DNA of 64,000 nt. It comes from Hormiphora californensis (Eukaryota; Animalia; Ctenophora). The notes beneath the pieces are model-generated. The model had not been told where the DNA came from. It worked only from the letters and a program-made list of their open reading frames with translations, and did not search any database. The first letter of the stretch is position 1, and every line of letters starts with the position of its first letter. Positions 39,371 through 52,276 of this stretch are shown one piece after another. The translations under genes and the position numbers were made by a program. The stretch spans positions 2,790,001-2,854,000 of the forward strand of contig CM035350.1 in NCBI GenBank assembly GCA_020137815.1. Reading direction: 5' to 3'.

Positions 39371-39619
39371 GGCCAGCGTTAAAATCTGGGTGTTTCGTGA
39401 GTGCTGACAAACGGTTTTTTAGGGTTAGGGCTAAAGTGGGGTTAGGGTTAGGGCTGGTATTTGGGTTGGGGTTAGGCCTTGACATTGCCTACCACATAAA
39501 CTTTGAATTAGCCAAAACGGTTGAGTGGTTCGGCGGTTAGAGCCGTTTTAGTGAATCAACTTTTTTGGTAGCGCGCACCTGTAAACAGGCCACCAAACAC
39601 CCAGATCGTAACGGCGCCC
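39371..39619. mobile_element. Mutator-like MITE with 9-bp TSD and internal telomere-like repeats
   Basis: TSD tcgaacttc at 39362-39370 and 39620-39628; imperfect TIR ggccagcgttaaaatctgggtgttt / aaacacccagatcgtaacggcgccc; ttaggg-like array ~39419-39476. Confidence 0.85.
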
Positions 39620-40115
39620 TCGAACTTCGGAGTTCGGCGGGGCCGGGAGATTTAAAATTTAAATGTTTTTGGAACTGCACAATTCAACTTTTCGAATTGT
39701 AGTGTACGACACGTACGCATAGGGTGGAACGCGCGAAAATGAAGTATCAACAGCGTTGCTGCGCGTTTTATTTGTTGAAAAAAAAATTAGAAAACGAAAA
39801 TTTAGAAAATGAAAACTTTCGAACTTTTTTCAACTTTTTCCGTCCTGTTGCAAATATTGGTGGCTCAATCAGGCGTTCTCATGTTGTCAAAATTAGCCTA
39901 AAAAGGCTCCCCCTACACTCCCTACGAAACTGGACCTCGCTTGTAGGAGGTTTCACCCCCACATCCCCTGACCAGGGCTTCCGCCTAAGCCCCAAGGCCC
40001 CTTGGCGCACAGGTACGCGCTAGGCCGAAGGCCCAGCGACGTCCCTGTACATTTTGATTGATCGATTGGTAACTTGTTTAAAAAATTAAATCATCAATAG
40101 GTTCAAAACTCAAGT

Positions 40116-41108
40116 ATGGGAAGAAATAAACACCGAATATCAACCAGCGAGACTGTATCAGATTCAAATGACACTCAAGATCTCGATGAGTATGAGGAAT
40201 GCTCTGTTTTCACTGATTCACCAGATCGATCATCAATAGAGTGTAGCAGCAGCAATACATCATCAGCAGAAGAAGAATCGGCTAGCTCAGACGAATCAAA
40301 TGTAAGAGATCGTAAACATGGCCAACGACGCAGGTCCAACGAACATAAAGTCGTGGAAAGGAATGAGGAAAATGAGAGAGGTCTGCCAAATCAAAGAGAA
40401 CATCCGCACACTCGCAGACAGCAACGCCCTTCCCAGAGTGCTGACGACTATAGAATTCTTAATGTGACGCAGGATGAATTGGAGCTAAAAGAACAAAAAG
40501 AGACGGAAAGAAGGAAAGCTGCTTGGGTGTTTCACAATTTGTCCTGTTCGAGACTTAGTACCTCAGCTGACCGTGCCAAAAGTTTTGGATCGAACGAAGA
40601 GAAGGAAAAAAGAAAGGCTGCTTGGGTATATCACAACTTGTCCTGTTCGAGACTTACTACCTCGACATGCCGAACCAAAAGTTTTAGATCAACAGAAGAG
40701 AAGGATAAAAGAAAGGCTGCTTGGGTATATCACAGCTTGTCGTGTTCGAGGCTTACTACCTCGTCATGCCGAACCAAAAGTTTTAGATCGACGAAATCAG
40801 GTCACCGAAGTGAAAGAACGGATAGAATTTTAAATAGTTCGCTAGATGAAGAAAGTCCAAGAAGGAGCGAGGAGGTTCGGGATAAGAAAAAACGAAGCAA
40901 GCAGATTCGAAAGGACAATCCAGAATACTTACCAAGAAAACGAGACACTACAAACAGGCAAACGAACAGTACTCGCTCAGAAGACCACCACACCAGCTAC
41001 CTACTATACCAGCAGAAACAATCTCGTCCTAAAGTTATTAATTATTATGATAGCGACTCACTACCTGTTTATGATTTAGAACCATCAACAAGCCATTCCA
41101 CATACTGA
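40116..41108 (+). CDS. Orphan hydrophilic protein with three 33-aa repeats
   Basis: 330-codon ATG-to-stop ORF; 99-bp period (40518, 40617, 40716) encoding AAWV(F/Y)H(N/S)LSCSRL.TS..R.KSF.S.EEK.KRK. Confidence 0.65.
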   Translation: MGRNKHRISTSETVSDSNDTQDLDEYEECSVFTDSPDRSSIECSSSNTSSAEEESASSDESNVRDRKHGQRRRSNEHKVVERNEENERGLPNQREHPHTRRQQRPSQSADDYRILNVTQDELELKEQKETERRKAAWVFHNLSCSRLSTSADRAKSFGSNEEKEKRKAAWVYHNLSCSRLTTSTCRTKSFRSTEEKDKRKAAWVYHSLSCSRLTTSSCRTKSFRSTKSGHRSERTDRILNSSLDEESPRRSEEVRDKKKRSKQIRKDNPEYLPRKRDTTNRQTNSTRSEDHHTSYLLYQQKQSRPKVINYYDSDSLPVYDLEPSTSHSTY

Positions 41109-41340
41109 TAGGATATTCTAAGAGAAAACAATCGTCCCACGGAAGGTGAAAGCAACTATCGATCAGCCTGATATTTATTTGTGTGATCAGGTGAATTGTT
41201 CTACGTTTTTGATGTTATTCATGGTTTTCAATTTCGACTGTTTCCTCTGATTGATCTTGTTTATTTTGTGTGCCCCCTTACTGTTCCTCACTCTACATTT
41301 CATCCATTTAGCCATGTTCTAACATGCTCTCTAGCAGAGG

Positions 41341-44300
41341 ATGCAAATATCTCGCTACACAGGTTGAAATATAAATGTTTTGTAGAACCATTGAATGTTC
41401 TTGTAATGATTGTAATTTGTACAAAACACCCGTCCGTTCTGTCGTTCACCGCATAAATTTCTGTAGGTCTAATATCGCGATTGGCTAAGAGACGACGAAC
41501 GGAGATAAATCACAACCGGTAACCGACCTGGCGCCCTCCTTCCACGATGCTAGAGCACATATACCGGTCACCAGACTCCCCCTCCAGTGTCCCATTTCGA
41601 TTTCCCATCCTATTCGTCTTAGTTCCACCCCCCATGTTTATCCATCTTCCCGTTCACAGGTCACTTGCCAAGTACAGCAACTTCAAGCTTGCTCAAGCAT
41701 ACACCGATTTCCTGGAACGAAACCAGAACAGTTGCAGTGTCAATAAGGATAGGATAGATTATTATGAGAGCAACACGCTACCAGCTAATGACCCGACCGA
41801 GGATAGGCTCGTAGGTAAGGAACTATTGTTATATCCTACATTCTTATTTTCCAATCCCCATCCTACCAGCTCCTTGATAACTTGGTTCCCCTTCTTCTCC
41901 TCTAACCTAACCTTAATTCTCATTACTATCCCACCCTCGCTCAACAGCCCCCCCTTCTTCTCTAACGAGTAATCAAGTACCAATAACCATCTCCCTATTT
42001 CAACAGCGACCCGAGTGCGTGGCACAGGAATGCACATGTTCTCAGTGATCGATGGGCATGGTGGCTGGCAATGTGCCCATGCAATTAAAACCCGTCTACA
42101 CTATTACATGACACTCAATCTACTTGATGCGGCCGACCTGACATCTAGGAACCCCCTCAACAAAGGAGATTGGGTTAGTGTAATTGGGAATGGGATATAT
42201 GATAAATACACCTTACTATAATGAGGTTCTGGGATTAACAATATCACAGATCATGGATAAATTATGAAACATTCAGCGTAGATAAAGTAAACAGACAAAT
42301 ATCTCATGCCTGTTTAGTGTTTATTTTACATGATCGGGAGAAAAAGAGGTTAGCAATCACACTGCCCTCCTGACTCCTCTTGTGCAAGTTGGGGTGGGGG
42401 GGGGGGAGTTGCAACTGTTTGAGCCAATTTTAGGTCGAATTTCTATTAATATCACTCTTTATCACATTAATGTGACACGCCGAACTGCAAATAAGTTGCC
42501 CTTCCACTTACACTCAATTCTCAAACAAATTTACACGTGATGAGGCATTATAGCAGTTATCAGAAAATGTATTTCTTAGAAAGGCCGATAAGTATGACCC
42601 CTTCCGCGCGACAAATAATAAGAATTAAGACCTCCCCCTCCTTTAATGCCCCTCCCTTCCGCAGGTAGAACCAATTCCGGGCGATATGGGAATGCAATGG
42701 ATACGTCAGTATGTGTTTGATATTCGGACAGCAGAAAGTTTCCTATCCAGATACAAGAGAAGACTACACCTGGAAGCTAACGAGGACCATGACACCCACT
42801 TACAGCTGGAGCGGTCATTTGAGGTTCGTCAGTCATCACAACCAAGCAATGTGTAATAGTGTTCCACCAAGCAAATATTGGTTGTTAGTTGTATAATTTT
42901 CTGGCAACTGTCCAGAAAATAACATCTGTCTTTATACGGCTTCATGGTAGAGATGTTGGCTAGTGTGTAGAGTTATTTTGAGTGTTGTATATTATTCCAT
43001 CTAAATATATATTACAGCTGCGTTACATGCTTGTTAGGCCATATAATATGAAACTGGTTGTTGCCAAGCATGATACACTGTTGTTCATAGTCAGTACTGC
43101 AGTTACTGGTATACTGCAGTAGTAGTGGATTTGATTTGGAAGTTCTGAACCCACACTAATACAATCACACTTCACAATATCATCACATTACAAACACTAT
43201 CCCCGTTCCCAGGATTTAGATGAGGATATAGGAACTGAGGCAGTTCCAACTGTTCAGAGCATAACAAAAGATGCCGTATCTCGGTTGCTAACAGCCACCT
43301 CCGGAGCATGTGTGTGTTCTGCAGTTATAGATGGAGATCAGCTGTCTGTTGCGGGCCTGGGTGACTGTCGGGCTATATTGGGTAGGTTGTATGATGTGAA
43401 ACTTGTATAATCAAATGTTGTTTTGTTCAAACCGGAGTGTATATATAATGAGAGAAGGTCGAGCAAGGCAAGGGACGTTTGTTGCTAAGACTGATGTATT
43501 CTAACCTCCAGGTAGCGTGGATAGTGGAGAGGGAGTAGGTACTACGGTATTAACCGAGGAACACAGGACATTTAACCCTATAGAACGGGAGCGGCTAATT
43601 AGGGAACACCCGAGAGAAGATGAGGACATCATGTTCTTTGATGAACGCCTCTGTGGCATTTTACAGGTGTGTTGTTGTAGTAGACGTGATTGGGGGAATG
43701 GAATGTGTTATTGAATATTGGGGTGATAGAATGTGTGATTGGTTTACACAATCGGCAACTCCTTCACTCCCCTAACTCCCAGCCAACCCCTTCTGCCTTC
43801 ACTCCCCATGATACCCCTACCCTCTCTTATCTCTCCCAGCTAACTCCTTCACCCACCTAACCTCTCTGATCTCCCCCAGCCAACACGAGCGTTCGGCGAT
43901 GTCACCCTGAAGTGGTCTTCACGGGAGAAAGTTCTATTAGAATATGTGTTTGATGAAACATCATACATCCCTAACTACATCTCACCACCCTACCTTATCT
44001 CTCGGCCCGAAGTACACAGTATAACTCTGCGACCGGAGCACAAATTCCTCATTATTGCAAGTGGTATGTTACGAGAGATATTGAGAATTCTGTTTTTAGG
44101 GTACAAAGCACTTAGTTTGTGTATGTAGTCAGTAATTAGTCCCAATTAGTCGCAATTGTTTATGTAACCACATGTTTCAGACGGTCTATGGGACGGGTTG
44201 AGTGATGAACAGGCTGTGAGGCTGGTTCTGGAAACACCAGAAAATGTTAACACTGCCACCTGGCTGATTAGGAACTCGCTTTCAAGAGACAATGAAAAAA

Positions 44301-44389
44301 GACTTCATAAAATTCTGAGCATACCCCCGGGTCCCATCTGTCGGAGTGTTAGAGATGATATTACAGTTATTGTTGTTCATTTTAACTGA
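41341..44389 (+). CDS. PDP1: Pyruvate dehydrogenase phosphatase, catalytic subunit (PP2C family)
   Basis: Exons ~41341-41362, 41467-41518, 41660-41814, 42007-42172, 42665-42823, 43213-43381, 43512-43666, 43880-44062, 44181-44389; Arg-rich presequence MQISRYTGLISRLAKRRR; ESNTLPANDPTEDR, VIDGHGG, GDCRAILG, TRAFGD..LKW, PPYL..PEV, ASDGLWD, RDDITV. Confidence 0.9.
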
Positions 44390-46183
44390 AAGAGAAACAA
44401 TTTCTAGTCCGATTTTTAAGAATGTGGACGGGAAACACGCGAAATGAGATTTGAAATATAAATTTAGCGTACGACGTGTTAACACGTGTTAACACGTGTT
44501 GTGCTCTGTGTTGCACGCATTCCGTTCACATTATTAAAAATCGCACTTTTCTTGTATAGTCAGGTTTTTGAGTTTGTTTTCTTACCATTTGATACACAAC
44601 CGTTAAGTTATTTTTTCCAACACTCAGAGCCGGTCTCAGTTTTATTTGTCTCTAGAACACCATTGACGGAGGGCGCGATGCAAGACATGTAGAAAGGGTC
44701 GCGCGCGTTTACACTCTTGGGAAGACTCCCTCACACTCGAAAACACACAAACCCCACACGCTTGAGACAATGATTCGGCTAATAGAATTACCGCTACCGA
44801 CCAGTTGACATGTTCCTTGTCTGTCAGCTCTCACACCGGGCCGAACAGACTGCATAGCATGGCAACCGACCTGCTTCAGTGACTTAAACTGGTCGGTATA
44901 TAGCCTTAGAGACCGAGTTGTCGGTTTTGCCACTTTTTCTCAAAATGAAACACATGGTTTTTTGTTTTGGAGCTGTGCAACATGAACTTGTACAGTAACA
45001 ATTCTCTATTTTCTACATCCAATAAACTATACCGTAACTGTGCAAATATACCAACTATGCAATTATAACCATCAGTAAACCTGAACAATCATAATCCTTG
45101 CTTAGGGATTCCCTCGGCAATAACGGCCCTAGAGGAGATACAATTATAACGTTTTCTGAACCATCTCAACATAAAGCCATTGTGTACACTGTTTTATAAG
45201 GTGATTGAATCTCCCTCACACAACAACATACATAGCCAGTACACAATTTGTCAATCAATTATGTAAAAAATCAAACATGCAGTTACTATAGATCTTAAAA
45301 ATCGAATAGACTACTATGCATTATAGAGCGATCACTTCTCCGGGATAGCGCCGTATCTATAACTATCAGTATAGCCTCTCTGTGAAATGTCTGGTGTCGC
45401 CAGACCCCTTACCCCGATTATCAGATCGGGTCAGCGCCGCCAAACAGTCTGTGAACATTGTATATCCTTCCAAAATATATATAGAACTTGTAATAATTAT
45501 ATATTATTTATAGTTTCGTAATTAACAAGAGTTAAGCTATAAAAACTAAGTAAACTATCAAAAATAAAGGTTTTCCTTTTTTGCATTCCAGCACTTTCTC
45601 TCTCTCACACTCACACAAAACTGTTCCGTATAGATAATTTATGTTCTATACTCCTTCGAAGCCAGTATAATATGTACACAAAAAACAGGCCCAATATATA
45701 TATATTTGGTCGCATATATAATCTGAAGGTGTATAATATATCTGAACCCAAAAAGAAAACAGAAAATAGGAGAAACAACCCGATCCATTTTTCTGATAAA
45801 GAAGAAACACACAGACGTACCAAAGAAAAAGTGTCTGTATGTCCACAGTATGATTGGAAACTTTATAATCTTGGCTCAATCAATACTGCATGTTATTTTA
45901 CACTCATATCATTTTAAAGACTACACACAGCTGCAGCAAGAGATTTGTGAATCAAATCACGCAGCAAAATAACTTATTAGAAAAAGATTTTAGCACCAAA
46001 GCTCGAGATATCATCATACATTTTGAATAGTAACATTTTGTACTCTGAACGTTTCTCACTAGACGGAGAATTCCCTGTCAAGCACACATTTATACACAAC
46101 ATAATATGTTTCACACACACTATATATATTTTGAGAAAAGAAAACTATAGAAAATGGGGGATCAGGGGAACTGGATGACTCCT

Positions 46184-49100
46184 CTATATCGTGTTGTTTG
46201 ATTCGGGGTACTGTAGAAAGTTCGTTACCGGTCCCTGAAAACAAAAAGAAATTATTAGACCCCTGAATACAATCTAGAAGCGCTGGCCACTCTACATCTA
46301 CATACACCAAGTGGAATTCCTGTAAAATCAAATCAGTTGTAACAGTAGACAGTTGGGTGATCGGATAACTGTTTATTAGCCTCATGTTTGATAGTCAGAG
46401 TTTTTATTATTCTCTCTGGGCTGAACAAATGAACCAGACGGGTTGTAACAGTTGAAGCATACCTCAAGATCATAGAGCGCCTCAAACCAGGGGATTAGAT
46501 CAAGTAACTCCGTATCAGTCTCATCGTCAAACCACGAGCTTACAGGGATAGCGAAATCAGGGTGGAAAATGTAGGATGCAGGACTGTTGTCAATTATTAT
46601 ACAATCCTCCACTTTCCTGCCCAGCTTGCTCAGGTCCTAGAAGAAACAAGTTAATACGTAAATATGGGGGGGGGGGGGGCAAGGCCAAAAAAAGCCAGAT
46701 CAATCCCGGATTTTAGGGCGGGTTTGGCTTTTTTGGCCCTACTTTTTTGGTCATTTTGGCATGTAATTCTGACCTTATATGGTCTGTATGACACTAAAAA
46801 CACTTTAAAATGGCTTCTTTGATCTAGTTTTATCATTTTATATCGATAGGGAAATATTTTTTTTACCGAAAAAAGTTTGATTTAAAAAAAGCCAGATCAA
46901 AAAAAGCCAAAAAAAGCCAGATCAAAAAAAGCCAAAAAAAGCCAGATCAAAACTGCCAAATCAAAAAAAGCCAGATCCAAAAAAGCCAAAAAAGGCCAAA
47001 AAAAGCCAGATCCAAAAAAAGCCAGATCAAAAAAAGCCAAAAAAAGCCAAAAAAGGCCAAAAAAAGCCAGATCAAAAAAAGCCAGATCAAAAAAAGCCAG
47101 ATCAAAAAAAGCCAGATCAGACCCGGATTTCAGGGCGGGTTTGGCTTTTTTTGGCTTTGCCCCCCCCCCCCAATATTGGTCAAATTGTTGTATTGTTCAT
47201 ACTATTATGTGCAACAGCACAATCAAATTGTACCAGATCCGGTGGTGGGGGTGTAGATCCCACTAATACGTAGTTCACAGTATTGAACCACAACCCCGTA
47301 CCTTAACATAGTTTCCCTTGTGGAAGATGCATGCTTCCCGGAAGAGTCGAGTAGAGAAACACCCGTGAATATCCAGTAGATCGCTGACGGGGTCTGCATA
47401 TTTAGCCAGGGAAGCTGTAAATAGGACACACTCAAACTTGTCTGCGAGGTAGGCCAGGAAATCGTCAACGTAGGGCCGCTTCAATACATAGACCTGCGGG
47501 TGACTGGGTGTTAAACATTAAACAAGCTATGGTGAATTAAAGTAAAACCTCGATTTACCGGACCTTGAAGTCTGGTAAACAGAGGTTTGACTGTATTATT
47601 ATCGACTGAACCAGAAATGTGTAGGACGGTACGTGGTGAAGTGACGTAATTCAGTAAGTAGAGCCAAATTGAACTGCAATCCTGTTGCTGAGTAGTAATC
47701 TCACCAAAATGAGTCTACCCTAACAAACCTCCTCCGCACCCCTCCTCGCCCCCACAATCCGCAATCTAATTTCTAAACCATGAGTTGGTTATCTCGTCCC
47801 AGTAACGCATCATCCGATGACCGCCGTTCCCTCGTTTCAGAGGAAGAGGGCCGGACTTACAGCGCCACATCACTCCGTGTCCCCTCACCAGCGCCCCTCA
47901 GACGTCGTAGAAGCAGCTCAGTAGTCCAGGATTACGGCCTCATGCCCTTGGAGTGGGAGGATCTGACAGTAACTGTAGAGAGTGTGGGAACAAGCTCCAG
48001 GTATCGAGCCCCCCTCTGTTGTTTCAGCTACAAGGTTAGGGAGCGGAGGATGATTCTGGAAGGGGTCACTGGAAGTGCAGATCCGGGGGAGTTGTCCTTT
48101 TTAATGGGACCCAGTGGATCCGGGAAGACCACCCTGTTGAGCTGTCTCTTTGGGATCACTAAGGAGCCCTCCTTACGGTGTTCTGGTGCGGTAAAGGTGC
48201 AGGGTGCCCCCGCTAAACACTGTCTATCCAAGGTGTCTTGTTATGTAGAGCAAGAGGCGTACCTGCTGGCATGCCTGACTGTCAGGGAACATCTCACATT
48301 TCATACCACCCTCAGGGCACCAGACTGTAAAACAAGTGCCGATGTGCAAACCAAAGTGTCCAGTATACTGAAAAAGGTTGGTCTACTTCATTTGACCGAG
48401 GCGCTGATTGGCGTTGCTGGTCAGGGATTATCAGGGGGTGAAAAGCGAAGGTTGGCTCTCGCAACAGAGCTAATATCAGATCCACCAATCCTACTGGCGG
48501 ATGAGTGCACCTCAGGGCTGGACTCGGCTACGGCACTGTCCGTGGTGCAACTGCTACGAGCTCTTGCCAGGGAGGGTAGAACAGTGATCCTGTCCATCCA
48601 CCAACCCTCATCTGCTATCTTTAGTCTGTGTGACCGTCTCACACTGCTATCTAACGGCCGAGTTACCTACCACGGCCCTACAGGTGACATTGCGGCATTC
48701 CTAGGGAACCTTGGGGCGAGTTGCCCCCAGTACTTCAACCTCGCTGACCATCTCATGGACCTGGCGTGCAGTGACAAAGCTGACACAATGGCGGGAATGT
48801 TTGAATCTCCAGAGGGGAGGAAGTCTCTGTCCAGGAGCTCCAGTGTGAACTCCCTGCTGGACGCCCTTGCTGAGAGTGGGGTAATGGGAGGTCGGGAGAG
48901 GGTGTCATTCTGGAAGCAGGTCAGTGCGGTCATGTGGCGGAGTGGCATTGTGAATAGACGCCACCTGAAACTTGGCAAAATGAGAGTCTTTCTGACCGGT
49001 CTCCGTTGCTGTTTTCCTGAGTTTGGTCTTCTTCCAGACACCAGATATTCCAGAAACAGGCAGTTAACAGGGTCGGGGTGCTGTGTCTAGCCATTCTCAA

Positions 49101-50418
49101 CCACACCTGCATCATAGGGTTTGCAGTGATGCGCTCCCTCCTTGAAGACAGGGCCATATATGAGAGAGAGAAACAGCAGCGAATGTACAGTGAAACAGTC
49201 CTGTATCTTGCCCAAAGTATCACCGATGTCCCCTTTACTATTGGCCATGCAGTGGTCTATTCCACTATAGTGTACTGGTCAGTAGGCTTTGCTCCATCTC
49301 TCTCCAAGTTTCTCACCACCACCCTCGCTGTTACCCTCTCTGATGTATGTGCGGTGGGTTATGGAATGTTAATTGCAGCCATTGCTCCTGATTTCCCTCG
49401 TGCCCAGGCCATCAACCTCCCCATTTTCTCCCTCATGTGCCTTTTTGTTGGTAACTTCCTGAACCCCCGGACAATTCCCGTGTACCTCTCGTGGGTCCGC
49501 TGGGTGTGCTGGATGACTCCCGCTGTAGAGATTGCAGCTGTGACAGAGTTCGCTGGGACCGTCTACATGGCGGATAACGAAACGGATGTGTTTCATGATT
49601 TTACTACTGGTGACCTTGTGAGTCATATTTTGACATGAATTGTGGGGAATAAAGATCTGATATACATGATGGGGGGTAGGTAGGATAGAGATCTGCTATA
49701 CTTGGGGGATACCTGCTTTGAGGATCATGATTATAACAACTGATATTCCTAGGTACTGGAATTCTACGGATTTGGTGGCTCTGTTGTTGATGACGTTTTA
49801 TGGTTGTCGGCTCTGATAGTGTTCTACCGCATTTTGGCGCTTCTTGCACTACTATTCTTCTCCAAGAGACTGTCTCAGAACAAGATCAAATTCGAGAAAT
49901 GACATTTATACGATGGATATATGCCATCAATTCTATTAGTATTATCAGTTTTATTATTAACGGTCATAGTCAGGACAATGCATTAGCGATTGTGTGTGTG
50001 AACTGATCCAAGACATTATCCTGCCGTATAACAAGTCTAAGTGCCACCCATTATCCAATATCCTCTAAATAATAACAACATACCTCATGTATAGTTCCCT
50101 CCAGGTCAACTGGGATAACAAAATCTGCCCCTTGAACCGGCTTAAAAGAACTGTGTACCAAGGTCTCATCTAGATCGATCACAATACACCTCTTACCCTG
50201 TAAAGAAGTGATTAGTACATGTTGTAGTAGAAGTTTTATGTGTAATTTACATGATTTGACTCTCTTACTAACTATAACAATCTCTCTTTCTCTCTCCTTC
50301 TAACAACAACAAGTCGCCACCATCTCCTGCAAAAATAACACACACTTGCTGATGTGGGTGTTGGCACATTGTTACTATCTTGAGAGAGAGAGAGAGACTG
50401 CTGACTGAGGGAGAGAGA

Positions 50419-50473
<55 letters not shown>

Positions 50474-50889
50474 CCACACTGGATCCCACACTGGATACAT
50501 TATATAAGCAGAACGAGTTGTACGCATTTAAACTGAGCCACACCGAGCCAGTAACCACACCACACTAAATACAGACGACACACTAAATACAGACGACACA
50601 CTAAATACAGACGACACCACACAAGCAACAATTTATCTGTCTGGTAGCACTAAACCCTGTTTTGATTCGCTCGACAGTGCGCTCAGGACAGGTTTGGTGC
50701 CGAAATAAAAGGGGTCCAGGGACCCTTCATCAACTTACCCTGTCTGCTTCACGTATCGACCTCAGTAACGGAATATCATTTCCCTTCACCACCTGGTTTT
50801 CTATTGTATGATTCTCAGGGGGGCAGTTCCTCTGATGATGGTCTGACTTGGACATACAACAACATACACAGTTCTTTAATCGCTTCAAC
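46184..50889 (-). CDS. CTDSP: CTD small phosphatase (SCP/FCP1 family); 5' exon(s) lie further upstream, possibly ~55560-55507 and ~57808
   Basis: Exons 50889-50739 (CVCCC), 50197-50084 ([14 protein letters not shown]), 47493-47302 ([26 protein letters not shown]), 46636-46463 ([24 protein letters not shown]), 46234-46184. Confidence 0.93.
46666..47171. mobile_element. MITE with poly-G/poly-C ends and an internal (aaaaaaagccagatc)n array
   Basis: TIR G(n)caaggccaaaaaaagcca / tggctttttttggctttgC(n); 5-bp direct repeat aatat on both flanks; lies in a CTDSP intron. Confidence 0.8.
47780..49902 (+). CDS. ABCG (White-like) half-transporter nested antisense in a CTDSP intron
   Basis: NBD-TMD order; Walker [10 protein letters not shown], signature LSGGEKRR, Walker B LLADE, SIHQP; intron 49618-49752; frameshift ~49000-49070; ends [25 protein letters not shown]. 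Confidence 0.92.
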
Positions 50890-50927
50890 CTACAGAAAGA
50901 GAGAGATAGACGGGTTTAGATATAATA

Positions 50928-52276
50928 GGCCAGTCATATGACGTAGTGAAATGGAACTAATTGATCTAAAAGCGATTCCACTTCCAGGGCACTCCAATGG
51001 GTCTCTACAACCACCAAAAAAATTTACCGCGGGTACCGCGATGGAGAAATCGGTCATTTCCGGGTTTATTTTGCACCTGCATAAATATAGCCTAGGACAA
51101 ATGCGATATACGGTAAAAACCGTCTTTGGAAACAAGTAGAAAAGAAATCAAGGGCACTAAAGTGTGTAGCGTCCTCGCATTAGTGGGGGTAGGTGCTGGA
51201 ATTAAGTCTCTATCTTATCAGGTTAATTAGATAATTGGATAATTAGATGTGCACATAGCCGTTTTATGGTTATACGGTAAAAACCATCTTTGGAATGGAG
51301 TAGAGAAAAAACCGAGGGTACTAGAGTGATCAGCGTCCTCGAATTAGTGGGGGTAGGTACCAAAATTAAGTTCCTATCTCATCGCGTTAATTAGATAATT
51401 GGATAATTAGGTATGCACATAACCGTTTTTAGGTTACATGGCTATAGCCACTTAGGAATGGTTTAGAGACTTTTCATTGGTGCCATTTTGTAGGCAATAG
51501 CCAAGTTATGGGGGGTCGACGTCGGACTTTTAAGCTCTATATTCAACCATTTAGCCGTTATATGGCTTTAAAGGTGCTCAAAATCGGTCTTTTTACCGCT
51601 TTGTTGCTCACTTTGAGCACCTTTAAAGCCAAATAACGGCTGAACGGTTGAATATAGAGCTTAAAAGTCCGACCTCGACCCCCAATAACTTGGCTATTGC
51701 CTACAAAATGGCACCAATGACAAGTCTCTAAACCATTCCTAAGTGGCTATAGCCATGTAACCTAAAAACGGTTATGCGCATACCTAATTATCCAATTATC
51801 TAATTAACGCGATGAGATAGGAACTTAATTTTGGTACCTACCCCCACTAATTCGAGGACGCTGATCACTCTAGTGCCCTCGGTTTTTTCTCTACTCCATT
51901 CCAAAGATGGTTTTTACCGTATAACCATAAAACGGCTATGTGCACATCTAATTATCCAATTATCTAATTAACCTGATAAGATAGAGACTTGATTCCAGCA
52001 CCTACCCCCACTAATGCGAGGACGCTACACACTTTAGTGCCCTTGATTTCTTTTCTACTTGTTTCCAAAGACGGTTTTTACCGTATATCGCATTTGTCCT
52101 GGGCTATATTTATGCAGGTGCAAAATAAACCCGGAAATGACTGATTTCTCCATCGCGGTACCCGCGGTAAATTTTTTTGGTGGTTGTAGAGACCCATTGG
52201 AGTGCCCTGGAAGTGGAATTGCTTTTAGATCAATTACTTCGTTTTTCAGCGATATATCGACGTCATATGACTGGCC
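50928..52276. mobile_element. Foldback (almost fully palindromic) DNA element, 1.35 kb
   Basis: TA|ggccagtcatatgacgt ... acgtcatatgactggcc|TA; arms ~50959-51582 and ~51612-52234 are near-identical reverse complements around a ~30-bp spacer. Confidence 0.93.

Noticed and set aside
40500-40790. Repeats after RK sites as a neuropeptide precursor
   Set aside because: No signal peptide and no amidation (G-K/R) pattern
46880-47120. Regular short repeats resembling a CRISPR array
   Set aside because: No unique spacers, eukaryotic context, and the array lies inside a TIR-bounded MITE
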